DNA of 64,000 nt from Lytechinus pictus (GCF_037042905.1 NC_087252.1:1552001-1616000), one strand, 5' to 3'. Counted from the first letter of the stretch, positions 1 through 61,888 are shown. Numbers and translations are program-made. Notes: a model not told the origin generated them from the letters alone.

Positions 1-69
1 CAGCAATCACACTGGGAAACCTGCCCCCAATCCTACTAATAGTATGTCATTGGTAAAAATGTAATGATT

Positions 70-420
70 ATAATAATAATAATAATAGTTACATGTATAT
101 AGCGCTTCATACGTTGGTTTCTAAGCGCTTTACATTGTAATTATTATTACCCCGGTCATAGGATCCATCACTGTTCCACACATAAAGTGCACCATCTCCA
201 CTCCCTGGGGAGTACCATGGCCATGCAACTGTTTATCAGTGCACACATGCCAATCTAATCACATTGACTTTCACATCCTACCGGGTACCTACATAACACC
301 TGGGTGGAGAGTGACAAATGTGGATAAGTGCCTTGCTAAAGGACATTAGCTCTGGGTGAGGTTCGAACCCTCGACCCTTGGTTCATGAGTCAAGTGACTG
401 AACCACTACACCACCACACC
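70..420 (-). mobile_element. tRNA-derived SINE
   Basis: Minus-strand B-box (ggttcgaacc at ~360), core related to the 55886 SINE, (AAT)n tail at left. Confidence 0.7.
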
Positions 421-1146
421 TCCACAGTAGTTTGATTTGTCTGGAGTCAGTTTTGCTTGTACAGTATGACTGGCCATTGATATTTGTATGAGAGTTAAAG
501 CAGGCATGATATTCTTTCCGATTTGAATTGGAATTTAGATTTTTTAAATCATTTTTTTTTCAGATACGTGAAATCCTTTGTCCTTTGCCCAAGGACATTC
601 TCATGCTGTTTTTTACTGCTTTTTTAAGTCAAATGATAATACTATCATGTAGACTCACCTTGAAAGATTATTTCTTTGCTATGCAAGAGCTTGTAACCCC
701 AACGGGGGCACCTCGGACTTCGGCGGTGATTTAGCGGCCCTTGGCTATTTTTCAGATTTTTTTTTCCACAGGAGAATAACATGCCTGGAAAGAGATAGAA
801 CAAGAGGTAGAGAGAGACGAAAAGACAGACAGAGATAGAGAAAAGCAGAGAGAAATTGAATGCCTGGTGATTAAGATGGTCTTTGGGAGTGTTTGGGGGA
901 GATAGGAACTTATAGAATCTACATGTACATCAGAATTGGAAATAATGATAATAGTGGCTAGTTATATAGCTCACTGGTCAAATCTTTGTGGAGTACCTCC
1001 TAGTTTTGTCTATTGTGAGGACTTGCAGGATATGTAAATTGATACATTTGACAAATTTGGGGATCTGTGAGATTTCAATTTTTGATGCATGTAAATGTAG
1101 CATATACCTTCGAAGATTCGTGTCAAAATTGATTTCCAGACATGCA

Positions 1147-1448
1147 GGCCTTACATCCACAAAAGTGGTTTTAATTCTAGCATGATACAACTTTGGACTA
1201 TGCAGATAATGTGTACATAATTACGCTTATTTCATCGCATACATGTACACCAAAAAAGTCAAATTACAAATGTGCGCCTTTCGAAAAATGGCGCCTGAAT
1301 GAAGCGTGACAATCAAATAAATTATTTTGCATATTTAAATATTTTGTAATTCTTGAAATAAAGTTGAATTGAAATTGAATTGAGAAATTAGCATAATCCA
1401 TGGTTTTGTAATATGGCACGTTCGAAACCACATTTGTGAATCCGGGCC
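1147..1448. mobile_element. MITE related to 6402-6714
   Basis: Imperfect TIRs ggcc..cacaaaagtggtttt / aaaccacatttgtgaatccgggcc. Confidence 0.5.
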
Positions 1449-1495
1449 ACAGAATCACACGTGATAGCAATGATGGTCTGTATCTTTTTTAATAG

Positions 1496-38881
<37,386 letters not shown>

Positions 38882-40725
38882 AACCTTCAACAGAAATAAC
38901 TCGTAAAAGAGATTTAATCAGGATTTAATTGTTTGATTGAGATGTAGTCATTTGTGTAGAGTGTACAGAGAAGGGTTTGTTTACACTGCCTAAATAGTCA
39001 TATCTTCCCTGGGTCCAGAGCACTGTGTTTGACAAAAAGAGACTGAGAATATTGCACAGTATGAACACTCTTTTCTTCACCATATTGTCTGGTAATGGAA
39101 TTCTTCAGGTCAATGTTCACAGACGGATTATGAAATGCTTATTGAGGATTGGTATAAATATGCTAGGGATAAAGTACAGAAAACATTTAACATTACTGCA
39201 ATTCTAATGATGCACAATTGAAAATAAATAATATGGCTCTGTTTGCCACAAATTGAAACAGAAAGAGAAATAGTGCTATTCGCTCAAGAAATGTGACTAA
39301 TTAGACAGTGTATTTCAAGCTTAAATATTTTTCCTTCTTTTTTTTTGGAACACAGATATATATATATATTTCTTGATGATTTTTTAAAGATGATGAATCA
39401 GTACATTCCTAATTGATTTAGTGAAATAAAAATAATTGTGATTTTGTATTGCTTTTTGCAGATTTTCTTGTATTGTTTTTTTCTTTTAAAAAATTCATGT
39501 AAATGTACTGATTCCTGTGGTACTAGTACAGTTCTTGATATTCTATTTTTAGCCAAATTTAAAATAAACGGAGCAAGTTGAGTACATGCGAGTACTATTG
39601 CATAACATAAAGTACTGCTTTAAGTAATGTTCAGAATCTTTATTAATTGTTACAAGTTGTGGTACTTATTAAACTATGGAATGTTTCTTGATGTTCGGGA
39701 AGAGGAATGTGCTTTGTATACATAAAGGTCGTCAAAAATAATCAAACTTTTTCTTTTTTCTGACCATGCATTTATTCCATGGTTCATTGCAATCCTTTTA
39801 AGCTTGAATTGTATTGCAAAAGAATGTAGATCAATAATAATTGTTTATTGATTTGTGTGATTTAATGTGATAAAAAACAAAGTATCGATTCTAGCATCAT
39901 TGAACTAGTAGGATATAAACATAAAGATTATTATAGCATCAAAAGTACTAGTATATGTATACTTTGTGTGAAATCCCCAATTTCTTGTTTTTGTTTACTT
40001 TTTGTTTTGAATTTGAAGTTTAATTTGTTGTCCTTATTGTAATTTTGTTGTCCTTATTGTGTTATTCACATTATTTTTTGTGTTTATATTTCAGATAATT
40101 ATCTATTTTTTTCCTCTTCATTTTTTGTATATACATGTATTTACCCAGATTTTTAAGAATAAAAAAAAATTCTTGTCATTGATAAAAAAAATGAAATAAA
40201 TGTGTTTGTGATTAGGAGTAATAAAAAAAATCAGCATAAGATTTGAGAGAAGTTTAACTCACATTTAGAGAATGGTTTATGTAAAGCAATAATATTCAGA
40301 TATGGGTAGATCTGTATTAACTGTCATTCAGTTAATTTGGAATTGCTTATTGATTAGGCTTGCAATCAGAAATGTTTTTTTAACTTTCGCTTACCATCAA
40401 TATTTTTCATAGCTCGTTAACAATAATGAAGTGCGCTTATAAATTAAGTAGAAGAATGACACTAAAAATCAAAGGGAAAATTTGTTTTCAAAGTGCATCT
40501 AAATTGCCTACCAAACAATCGTACAAGAATACCAGATGTGTATTTTTAATTCATGTTTGGATTATATGTAGCAATATTGATGTGTCAATCATTGTTTTTT
40601 GCCATGTGTAATTTGACATATAGGTAAATCAATATTGGCCTATCAGAGAGTTTTTCTTTACAGGTTTTAGCAGTAGCATATCTCTTTTTTTAATTTCATG
40701 TGTTGCCCCTTTCGACCCCCCAATC

Positions 40726-43422
40726 CTCCCCCATTTTTAAGCTATTGTGAAAAAGTAACTTTAAAGAAATAATGGTTCTTGACAAGTTTTACTTGGATGG
40801 TAACATCAAGAGATATGCTGTGTATATGAACATTATACACACAGATTTCTGTGTTTATGAACATAAAACACACACAGATTTCTGTGTTTATGAACATAAT
40901 ACACACAGATTTCTGTGTTTATGAACATTATACACACAGATTTCTGTTTGAATAAAATATTCAGGCCATTCTGATTATAAAGCATTTCTGAGATAAAGCA
41001 ATAGCATATAACAAATGAAATTTGAATCACACACATTTCGTGGGACATCAAAACCATGCAGATAGCACATAATGAGATGCGATTGGATTATCTTCAGCGC
41101 GTGGTCACAACAAACCCCAGACTAAAAACAGATATTATGTTATTACCAATAACAAACCATCGGTCCATTAGTCTTACAAAAAGAGTTTTGATTGATCCAA
41201 TCAATCGCAAACCTATTGAAATCCATCAGTGTCGTAATTTTTTTCTACTAGAAATTTGCATTATGTCCATAGTAAACAAAGGAGAACACAGCAAACTGTC
41301 AAGAAATCAATGAATTCATGGATATACATGTACATTCACATCTAGAAAAACATGCATTTTATATGTTGACTTTGCTGGCTTTCCATAGTTGGGATTGATC
41401 GCATCAATCGCGACTATTTGTAAGACGGGGCCCCAGCAATCAAGTGAAAATTTACAATTGATTGCCAGACTTATGATTGATTTTGGGACCCAATACTAAC
41501 TTACAACCCCCCCCCCCTAGATATTCTTTTTTTCTGCACTAGAGTACTTCTGATGAAGCCTTGGTGTGTAATAAGAGATATGCTACTGCTGAAGCCTGTC
41601 ATGCAGAATTTAGTTTTAATATGAAGGTATAAAGGCTGAAAGATCCTACAAAATTAATTGATTGAATATCGTTTTCCCCGTGGGATCATAAGATACTGCC
41701 AAATGAGAATAAAAGATCTATTTTTATCATAATTTTCACCAATTGTTGATGAGTGATGGGATAGGAGAACTTCAAAAGAATGCTGTATGATTTTTTTTCA
41801 AGATATAACAAGTGGATCATTTTGAAACTTATAGTGTTCATTCATTTTATTTTCTATAACTAGATCTCACATTTGTGTTAACTGATTGCATAGTTTGATT
41901 TTTCATATAGTCGTGAGGATGTACATTTATTACCAATTTTGCCTACTCTATCAAAAAGCTTTATATATTTTTGTAGATTTCACGTATTATGTTTTGTTAC
42001 CTTAATATACTCCTTTCGGCTTTTCACTTGAAATAGCGTAAAAGACGAAAATCACTATAATACTTAATGTTATATGACTCAGATCTAGCTCTAGAATTGA
42101 GTGAATACTTGAATACTAGTAAATGAAAAATCTTATCAGAAGGGAGATATGTTACAAAATGCTAAGAAATGTGATATAACAGACATTTATTATATATGAA
42201 TTACCAAGTAATGGATTTTTTTCTAAATCTATCATTCAGTTGAAACTCCTCATTTTCCCTGCTTACAGTTCAACATGTAATCATTATATTCTATGATTAT
42301 CTCTCATGGAATTCATCACTGGAAACATGAGAAGTATATACCACATTTCAGCTCTTATTTCATTCAACACATTGTCAGAGCACAGGCTCTTGCAGAAATA
42401 CATATGATGTTTCAAATTCTGCAATCATCATATAAGAAACCTCAGAATTACATGCACATTTCTATTTCTTACACAGTTTCCAACATTGTGTTTTGATATT
42501 TTTTAAGATTTCTATTGCATTCAGCACAGGTCCCATATTACATTTTCTATCAGAATAGAGTCATCATGTATATTGGTACAGAATCTGTGAGAGTGGTCTT
42601 TCGTATTATTGCTATTATTGAAGCTAAAGAAAATATGTATATTTGATTGTTATGTTGGTAGTAAGTTTCATACTATTACTGTTCAGAAATGATTATTTTA
42701 GTGGTATATTGCGGTATAGATTCTCTATTCCATTCGCTACTCAATTGAAATGAAGGGATCTATCTTTTCTATATTATCATACAAGACAGATGAAATAAAT
42801 ACACAGGTTATTGCTCGTAATCTTAACTGAGGTTAACTTGCGTTTGATTTGTTTGTGTTATACTTTGAGTGAATGCTAGTTCAGTGATTGAATGTTTAGT
42901 GCTTGCGATACAAGGTTGTGTTCGGGTGTGCACCGTGTGTGGTATTCGTGGTGGATGAGCAAATCTAATTTTAATTTCAATTTCACAAATTTGCATAAAC
43001 TATAACTTTCATTACATAAAGAGAGAGAGAGGGGGGGGGGGGAGAGAAAATGACCCAAGGCTATGATCTCATTTTGCATTTTTGCCCAACCACCAGAAAG
43101 AAGACGAAGAAGAAAGAAACACAGCATCCTTTTCCCCAAAGGATAATGGCTTCATTGACTCTCATCAAAATGACAGGGTTTTGTGATCATTCCCTTTCCA
43201 ACTATTACAACATTTTATTTCTGTCTATTGATTAATTATTGTCATGGTCGTTCCCCGTCAGTGTCATTGAGGGGGGTGTGTCATCAATTGTGTTCGGGAT
43301 ACCTAAACCAATAGAAACTGACAATGGCTCTCATGTCTGGGAGTAACCCCCGTTATGATTGGTCGCATTCATTTGGCGTTCCCGCTGCCTTGGTTACCGA
43401 GTCGTTTGTTCTCAATGAGGAT
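40726..43422 (+). repeat. Tandem segmental duplication, copy 1 (~2.7 kb)
   Basis: Near-identical to 43423-45080 plus 50150-51291; contains a family A MITE (~41162-41434) and a 31-33 bp minisatellite. Confidence 0.93.
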
Positions 43423-46400
43423 CTCCCCCATTTTTAAGCTATTGTGAAAAAGTAACTTTAAAGAAATAATGGTTCTTGACAAGTTTTACTTGGATGGTAA
43501 CATCAAGAGATATGCTGTGTATATGAACATAATACACACAGATTTCTGTGTTTATGAACATAAAACACACACAGATTTCTGTGTTTATGAACATAAAACA
43601 CACACAGATTTCTGTGTTTATGAACATAAAACACACACAGATTTCTGTGTTTATGAACATTATGCACACAGATTTCTGTGCTTATGAACATAATACACAC
43701 AGATTTCTGTGTTTATGAACATTATACACACAGATTTCTGTTTGAATAAAATATTCAGGCCATTCTGATTATAAAGCATTTCTGAGATAAAGCAATAGCA
43801 AATAACATAAGAAATTTGATTCACACACATTTGGTGGGACATCAAAATCCATGCAGATAGCACATAATGAGATGTGATTGGATTATCTTCAGCGCGTGGT
43901 CACAACCAACCCCAGACTAAAAACAGATATTATGTTATTACCAATAACAAACCATCGGTCCATTGGTCTTACAAAAAGAGTTATGATTGATCCAATCAGT
44001 CGTAACCCTATTGAAATCCGTCAATGTCATAATTTTTTTCTACTGGAAATTCGCAAAATGTCCATAGTAAACAAAGTAGAACACAGCAAACTGTCAAGAA
44101 ATCAATGAATTCATGGATATACATGTACATTCACATCTAGAAAAACATGCATTTTATATGTTGACTTTGCTGGCTTTCCATAGTTGGGATTGATCGCATC
44201 AATCGCGACTATTTGTAAGACGGGGCCCCAGCAATCAAGTGAAAATTTACAATTGATTGCCAGACTTATGATTGATTTTGGGACCCAATACTAACTTACA
44301 ACCCCCCCCCCCCTAGATATTCTTTTTTTCTGCACTAGAGTACTTCTGATGAAGCCTTGGTGTGTAATAAGAGATATGCTACTGCTGAAGCCTGTCATGC
44401 AGAATTTAGTTTTAATATGAAGGTATAAAGGCTGAAAGATCCTACAAAATTAATTGATTGAATATCGTTTTCCCCGTGGGATCATAAGATACTGCCAAAT
44501 GAGAATAAAAGATCTATTTTTATCATAATTTTCACCAATTGTTGATGAGTGATGGGATAGGAGAACTTCAAAAGAATGCTGTATGATTTTTTTTCAAGAT
44601 ATAACAAGTGGATCATTTTGAAACTTATAGTGTTCATTCATTTTATTTTCTATAACTAGATCTCACATTTGTGTTAACTGATTGCATAGTTTGATTTTTC
44701 ATATAGTCGTGAGGATGTACATTTATTACCAATTTTGCCTACTCTATCAAAAAGCTTTATATATTTTTGTAGATTTCACGTATTATGTTTTGTGACCTTA
44801 ATATACTCCTTTCGGCTTTTCACTTGAAATAGCGTAAAAGACGAAAATCACTATAATACTTAACGTTATATGACTCAGATCTAGCTCTAGAATTGAGTGA
44901 ATACTTGAATACTAGTGAATGAAAAATCTTATCAGAAGGGAGATATGTTACAAAATGCTAAGAAATGTGATATAACAAACATTTATTCTCTATGAATTAC
45001 CAAGTAATGGATTTTTTTCTAAATCTATAATTCAGTTGAAACCCCTCATTTTCCTTGCTTACAGTGACATGTAATCATTACCCAGGTAACAAGCCAACGT
45101 TGGCTCCACGTTGGAAACTTGAAAGTCGTTGGACGTTGGAAAAACTTGATGGATTAACGTTGAATCGACGTTGGAAACTAGTTTGATGGAAAGATGATGG
45201 ACAATCAACAATGACACGACGTTGGCAACGTTGGAAACTTGTTAGTTGGAGAGTTGTTGGACAGTCGACAATGTCACAACGTTGGAAACACGTTTGATTG
45301 GATAGTTGTTGAACAGCCAGCAAAGGCACAACGTTGGCAACGTTGGAAACTAGTTCGCTGGAAAGTTGTTGAACAACCGACAATGGCACAACGTCGACAA
45401 AGTTGGAAACTAGTTTGTTGGAGATTTGTTGGACGGTCGACAATGGCACAACGTTGGAGACTAGTAAGTTGGAGAGTTGTTGGACAGTCGACAATGTCTC
45501 AACGTTGGAGACACGTTTGATTGGATAGTTGTTGACAGCCAGCAAAGGCACAACGTTGTCAACGTTGGAAACTAGTTCGCTGGAAAGTTGTTGAACAATC
45601 AACAATGACACGACGTTGGCAACGTTGGAAACTTGTTAGTTGGAGAGTTGTTGGACAGTCGACAATTGCACAACGATGGAAACTAGTAGGTTGGAGATTA
45701 GTTGGATAGTCGACGATGACACAAGGTTGGCAACGTTGGAAACTAGTTCGATGGAAAGTTGTTGAACAACCAACTATGGCACAACGTTGTCAAAGCTAGA
45801 AACTAGTTCGATGGAGATTTGTTGGATAGTCGACGATGGCACAACGTTGGAAACTGGTAGATTGGAGATTAGTTAGATAGTATACAATGACACAACGTTG
45901 ATAAAGCTGGAAACTAGTTAGATGGGAGGTTGTTGAACAACTGACACTGGCACAACGTTGGAAACTGGTAGATTGGAGATCAGTAGGATAGTCGACGATG
46001 ACACAACGTTGGCAACGTTGGAAAGTTGTTGAACAACAGACAATGGCACAACATTGGAAACTAGTGTGTTGGAGATTTGCTGGACAGCCAACAACGTCAC
46101 AACGTTGGAAACGCGTGTTTGATTGGATAGGTGTTGAACAGCCAACAAAGGCACAGCGTTGACTACGTCGGAAACTAGTTCGATGGAGAGTTGCTGAACA
46201 ACCGACAAAGGAACAACGTTGGAAACTGTTTTCTTGGAGATTTGTTGGACAGTCGACAATGGCACAACGTTGACAAAGGAGTGGAAACTAGTTTGACGGA
46301 GAGTTGTTGAACAACGGACAATGGCACAACGTGGACAGCGTAATTGGAATAGTTTATTGGAGAGTTGTTGACAGTTAACATTGACACAATGTTGGAAACT

Positions 46401-47400
46401 ATAGTTTGTTGGATATTTGTTTGACAGTCATCATAATATCCCGGCATAATATACAGTGTTGAGAACGTTAGAAACTGGTTCATTGGAGAATTGATAATGA
46501 TATACAGACGACTACTCGCATAATTATTAATGGGGCCAAGGGGGGGGGGGTCGATCAAGTAAGTTTGCTTGTCTATCCATGTCACCCTTGGTATCCCCCA
46601 GCAATAAGGGGAAAAGAAATCGAGAGAGAAGGAAAATAATGGGAAGGGAAAGAGGAACTAAAACTAAGTCTAAGGAGAAAACAAAAATAAAGATGGGGTA
46701 GAATAGAGAGGCTGCATGTACCGGGGGATGCAAATGTGTCGATTAATATAGAAAATAAAGGAGAAAAACAAGAAAAAAAATGTAGTTCAAGACCAGAATT
46801 TCCAGAAACGCCCTCGTCCTTTGCAGCTGGCTCGGCCTTTCACAGTAAGTACGAGATAATTCATAGGCCTACCGTCACATAACTAGAAGAAATTGAAGAA
46901 GGAAATACAAGCATCAAATGTGCCTATTTAAAAATACCATACTATTCTGATGCGCAGAATTAGTCTCGACGTCGGACTCCTTCTGTCATGTCTGTGTAGT
47001 CTGCTTCCTTCAATTTTGAACTTGAAGAATCTGGTAGAATTTGGACTGGATAGTGGATATAGACAATTGAATTCCAGAATATCTAGTGATCTGGAACAGT
47101 ACTTATAAGCTGCATATTTAGGACCTACAATCTACAGTGGAATTTTCTTTGCACTTGCAGATAATCGGTAACTGCAACCATTGATCCCCTCCGAAAGATC
47201 CCGGAGTCAGCTTCTGTGCGCGTACAGTCCGACGCTACTATATTCGTGTAAGTAGTAGTAAAGTAGTACTTAACACCAGTCACTGCACAGTATAACATAC
47301 TAACTAACCTCGTAATTAGCTTGTGTGAGTGACTAATATAATACTAACCTCGCAATACGTGTGAGTGGGAACGAGTATGCGATACCAAGGGCAAGGCAAC

Positions 47401-47886
47401 AGTCATTGGGTGATTTCAATAATTTCAAGTACAGCTAGTGTTGAAATCTGCTGTTGGAGTTGTGACAACACCGTACTTGAATCAGGCTGGTGTTGAGATT
47501 GACCTTGGAAAATATGGTGTATTTCCGGCAGTTTGTGTTGAAGGCTGGTGTTGATTGTCATCTGCTGAACCCAACACTGCACTGTGGCTGCATGGTGTTG
47601 ATGATCTACAAGCAATTTCCCCATTCAGCAACACCGGCCCCCAGGGATTGGGAGAATCGTGATTTAAAGTTCAGTGTTGGTGTTGATGAACTGTAGCTCA
47701 CGAACAGGGGGCGAACACGACGAACCATCTCCGTAAAATTATCTTTTACATTTAAGATGAGAGCAAATCATTAGAGTTTTAATACATTTCAATGAAAAAT
47801 AATATTACGCTTGGTGTTGGAGCTCAGTTCAGCAGCCCTTTCACGCTCTCAACACCGTACACCGTACTTGAAATCACCCAATGACT
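47401..47886. mobile_element. Nested TIR element
   Basis: 19-bp perfect inverted repeat agtcattgggtgatttcaa / ttgaaatcacccaatgact; no clear TSD. Confidence 0.6.
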
Positions 47887-48474
47887 TGCTACCTGGCATT
47901 CCTGCCTTATTTATTATACGCTGCCTTGAATTGACCTGGTCGGTCCTGCCTGGCCTAGCCTGGACCGAGTGTTTTCCAACTGCAGTCAAACCTGTAGTTG
48001 CTATGTGAGGCATGCTACACTTGACGCTGAAATATCATTTAATAGTTATGGCACGAGCGAGACTGGGCCATGGCCATGCATATTGAGATATCAGTTGACT
48101 TCTATCTTAATAAAAAAGAGGCACTCTTTAGTTACAGTAGGCAGTAGTTACGTTACTCTGAGTGAGGCCAAGTTACGCGACCTTCCTTTTAGATTTTGTA
48201 AATACTGAGAGACTGCAATTACACATGTGAGTTTTTGTGATAAATAAATATCACACGTAATTTTCTTGATTCCTCTTAATTATGTGAAGAGACTTGTAAC
48301 AGAAAGAATGAAAAGAAATAAATAGCTGTAATAATAGTTGTAATGTTTTTTGATAGAATCATGAACAGGTTACAGATGATGATGGCACAGTGTTGAAAAC
48401 TGTTTGATGGAGATGGTGCATCGTTGGATTTGTTTAAAATTAGACCAACAAAGAATCAACGTTACAATATACTA

Positions 48475-48983
48475 ATAGCGAATAGGCATGAGTGCGATGG
48501 TGCGAGATTTCGCATGAGGTGAAAGAAAGATGCTCTATTCAACGAGGCGTGAGCCGAGTTGAATAGAGCGTTTCTTTCTTTCACCGAATGCGAAATCTCG
48601 CACCATTGCACGAATAAGAATATTCGCTATATGTGTTGTACAACGCCTCGAAATTTAGCGAAAATATGAAAAAACAAAGAGTTTATCCCTATAGTAATCT
48701 ATGAAAAGGGAGCAAAAATACCGAAAGCAGAAAGCAAAATCCCACAAGCGCACATGACCTTGGGCAGCCTTGCGCATTTAGCCAGCTGGCTTATACGCGT
48801 ATTGTTCATTTTTACCGAGCGCAATGAATTAAATCGTATTGTGACGTCACCTCCTAAAGTCGTGCAACGGTACACTTTGGACGGTACATTTTGGATGGTA
48901 CGTCTTTTGTGCAACGGTACGAATGTTTGACATTCAGCCTCCCATTTGCTCGCGTACAACAAGCTAAGTAGGCGTTGTACAAC
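48475..48983. mobile_element. Nested Crypton-like hairpin element
   Basis: 156-bp imperfect palindrome 48475-48630 plus gttgtacaacgcct (48635) inverted at the far end (aggcgttgtacaac 48970-48983). Confidence 0.6.
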
Positions 48984-51520
48984 AACATTTAACCGATATT
49001 AGACAAACATTGAATCAACGTTTACGCTAACATTGGACTAAAGTTGAATCAACTTTCCATCAACATTGGACCAACATTATACCAACGTTGGATCAACGTC
49101 ACCCAACGTTGGACCAACATTGGACCAACGCTGCCAAACCTGCCTCATCTGGACAATGATTATGCACTCATGAATATTCATTACATCAGTAAATGACCAA
49201 AATTTTAGGTAATATTGCTATAATAATTAGAGTATTTATGTTTATTCAATATTTCCACCATGAAAAGTTTCAGAAAAGTATGTGGCTCCATTACCATATC
49301 ATTTATAATCAAAACATATTATTCTAAGTGAAATTCAAGGTTAAGTGTGGAAAATGATATTAACTGTATTCTGCCAAGTATAGCAAAGTTGCTCTATATA
49401 TAGGAGTCAATGACAGGGTACAGTGGATAGGTGTAGGATGATAGGAATAGGATATAGGATTAGGATGTAGGATTTTAGGATAGGATAAGACATGATGATA
49501 AAGATTAGAGTGAAGAGTTGTAATGGTGGACTTCACCTTGAAACCAATTAATGTTTTGTTAATTACTGCCATACGTTGGAATAACGTTGGAGCAATGTTG
49601 GAGCAACGTTGTGACAACGTTGTAACAATGTTGGAGCAATGTTGCCAGACAACGTTGGAGCATTGTTGCTGGACAGCGTTGAACCAACGTTGTAAACATA
49701 GTTGGACTGACGATGTATGCAAGTGCACGTCCATCGCTGCTTCAACGTTGCCCATCAACGTTGCAGCAATGCTGTTATTGATGACTCAGCCGACATTATA
49801 CCAACGTTGGAGCATTGATGGTGGACAACGTTGAACTGACGTTGGAAATGTTGTTGGTCTGACGATGTATGGACGTGCACTTCTATCGATGATGCAACGT
49901 TGCTTACCAACGTTGTAGCAATGTTGTATTTGACTATTTAGCCAACATTGGATCAACGTTGCCAGACAACATTGAAACATTGTTGCTGGACAACGTTGAA
50001 CTGACGTTGGAAATGTTGTTGGTCTGACGATGTATGCGCGTGCACTTCTATCGATGATGCAACGTTGGCCTGCCAACGTTGAGGCAACGTTGGGAAAAAA
50101 TTTCCCAACGTTGATCCAACGTTGGTCCAACGCTGTATTGTTACCTGGGTATATTCTATGATTATCTCTCATGGAAATCATCACTGGAAACATGAGAAGT
50201 ATATACCACATTTCAGCTCTTATTTCATTCAACACATTGTCAGAGCACAGGCTCTTGCAGAAATACATATGATGTTTCAAATTCTGCAATCATCGTATAA
50301 GAAACCTCAGAATTACATGCACATTTCTATTTCTTACACAGTTTCCAACATTGTGTTTTGATATTTTTAAAGATTTCTATTGCATTCAGCACAGGTCCCC
50401 ATATTACATTTTTTAGCAGAATAGAGTCATCATGTATATTGGTTCAGAATCTGTGAGAATGGTCTTTCGTATTACTGCTATTATTGAAGCTAAAGAAAAT
50501 ATGTATATTTGATTGTTATGTTGGTAGTAAGTTTCATACTATTACTGTTCAGAAATGATTATTTTAGTGGTATATTGCGGTATAGATTCTCTATTCCATT
50601 CGCTACTCAATTAAAATGAAGGGATTTATCTTTTCTATATTATCATACAAGACAGATGAAATAAATACACAGGTTATTGCTCGTAATCTTAACTGAGGTT
50701 AACTTGCGTTTGATTTGTTTGTGTTATACTTTGAGTGAATGCTAGTTCAGTGATTGAATGCGTAGTGCTTGTGATACAAGGTTGTGTTCGGGTGTGCACC
50801 GTGTGTGGTATTCGTGGTGGATGAGCAAATCTAATTTTAATTTCAATTTCACGAATTTGCATAAACTATAACTTTCATTACATAAAGAGAGAGAGGGGGG
50901 GGGGGGAGAGAAAATGACCCAAGGCTATGATCTCATTTTGCATTTTTGCCCAACCACCAGAAAGAAGACGAAGAAGAAAGAAACGCAACATCCTTCTCCA
51001 CAAAGGATAATGGCTTCATTGACCCTCATCAAAATGACAGGGTTTTGTGATCATTCTCTTTCCAACTATTACAACATTTTATTTCTATCTATATAATTGA
51101 TTGTGTATTGTCATGGTCGTTCCCCGCCAGTGTCTTTGAGGGGGGTGTGTTATCAATTGGGTTCGGAAAATCTAAACCAATAGAAACTGACATTGGTTCT
51201 CGTGTCTGGGAGTAACCCCCGTTATGATTGGTCGCATTCATTTGGCGTTCATGCTGCCTTGGTTACCGAGTCGTTTGTTCTCAATGAGGATGATCGATTA
51301 CGCTATCTCTATTAACATAAACTAATAATTTAACTATGCGTCGATGCGAGAAAGGAGAAATATTTAGACAGAAACATCGGCAAAAAATTATTGGTAGAAT
51401 TACTTTATTGAATGCACTGAGCACTGCTTATCAAGTGGAAGATCGAGCTAAAGCCGGGGTAATAATATTTGCTCTTTGTTTCCTCCGGCAAAAAGGGGCT
51501 ACGTAAATCCAGCTATCTTT

Positions 51521-51657
51521 ATCATCATCGTCGTCATCATCGTCATCATCATCATCATCATCATCATCATAATCATCATCAACATCATCATCATCATCAC
51601 CACCACCACCACCACCACCATCACCATCACCATCATCATAATCTCATCATCATCATC
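51521..51657. repeat. (CAT/CAC)n
   Basis: Triplet array. Confidence 0.92.
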
Positions 51658-51947
51658 AATCTTGAAACTTGTTTTAACAGGCTAATGTAAATGTGGAACT
51701 TTGAATGTCGAACTAAAAATCGCTTCACTCGCAGCGAAATCAGAAAAGAGAAACATAGTAGGAACTCTTGCTTCACTGTAGATGAATATATCTGATGAAT
51801 TTGAATTTTCCGTCAACGCAATGAAGCAGATGATATTATCGGCCTTACTTTCTTCAAGACCTTCTGTATTTAATCTGAAATCGCATTGTTTTTGAAAAAC
51901 CGCGAATAATCGATAATTTACTAGTTTAGTCATTTACACACATAAAA

Positions 51948-61888
<9,941 letters not shown>

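Larger units (their letters stand above)
45081..50149. mobile_element. 5069-bp non-autonomous DNA transposon, CMC/EnSpm-like
   Basis: Perfect 12-bp TIR CCCAGGTAACAA; TA duplication shown by the empty site in copy 1 (tcatTAtattc, ~42285); long CAACGTTG subterminal arrays; no transposase ORF seen. Confidence 0.88.
43423..51291 (+). repeat. Tandem segmental duplication, copy 2 (interrupted by 5.07-kb transposon)
   Basis: Starts ctcccccatttttaagc and ends ctcaatgaggat like copy 1. Confidence 0.93.

Noticed and set aside
45090..46480. CRISPR-like or coding repeat array (ORFs 45078-46585)
   Set aside because: Degenerate subterminal repeats of a DNA transposon; intervening segments are themselves repeated
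46500..48400. Transposase gene inside the 5-kb element
   Set aside because: Only short ORFs without recognisable transposase motifs
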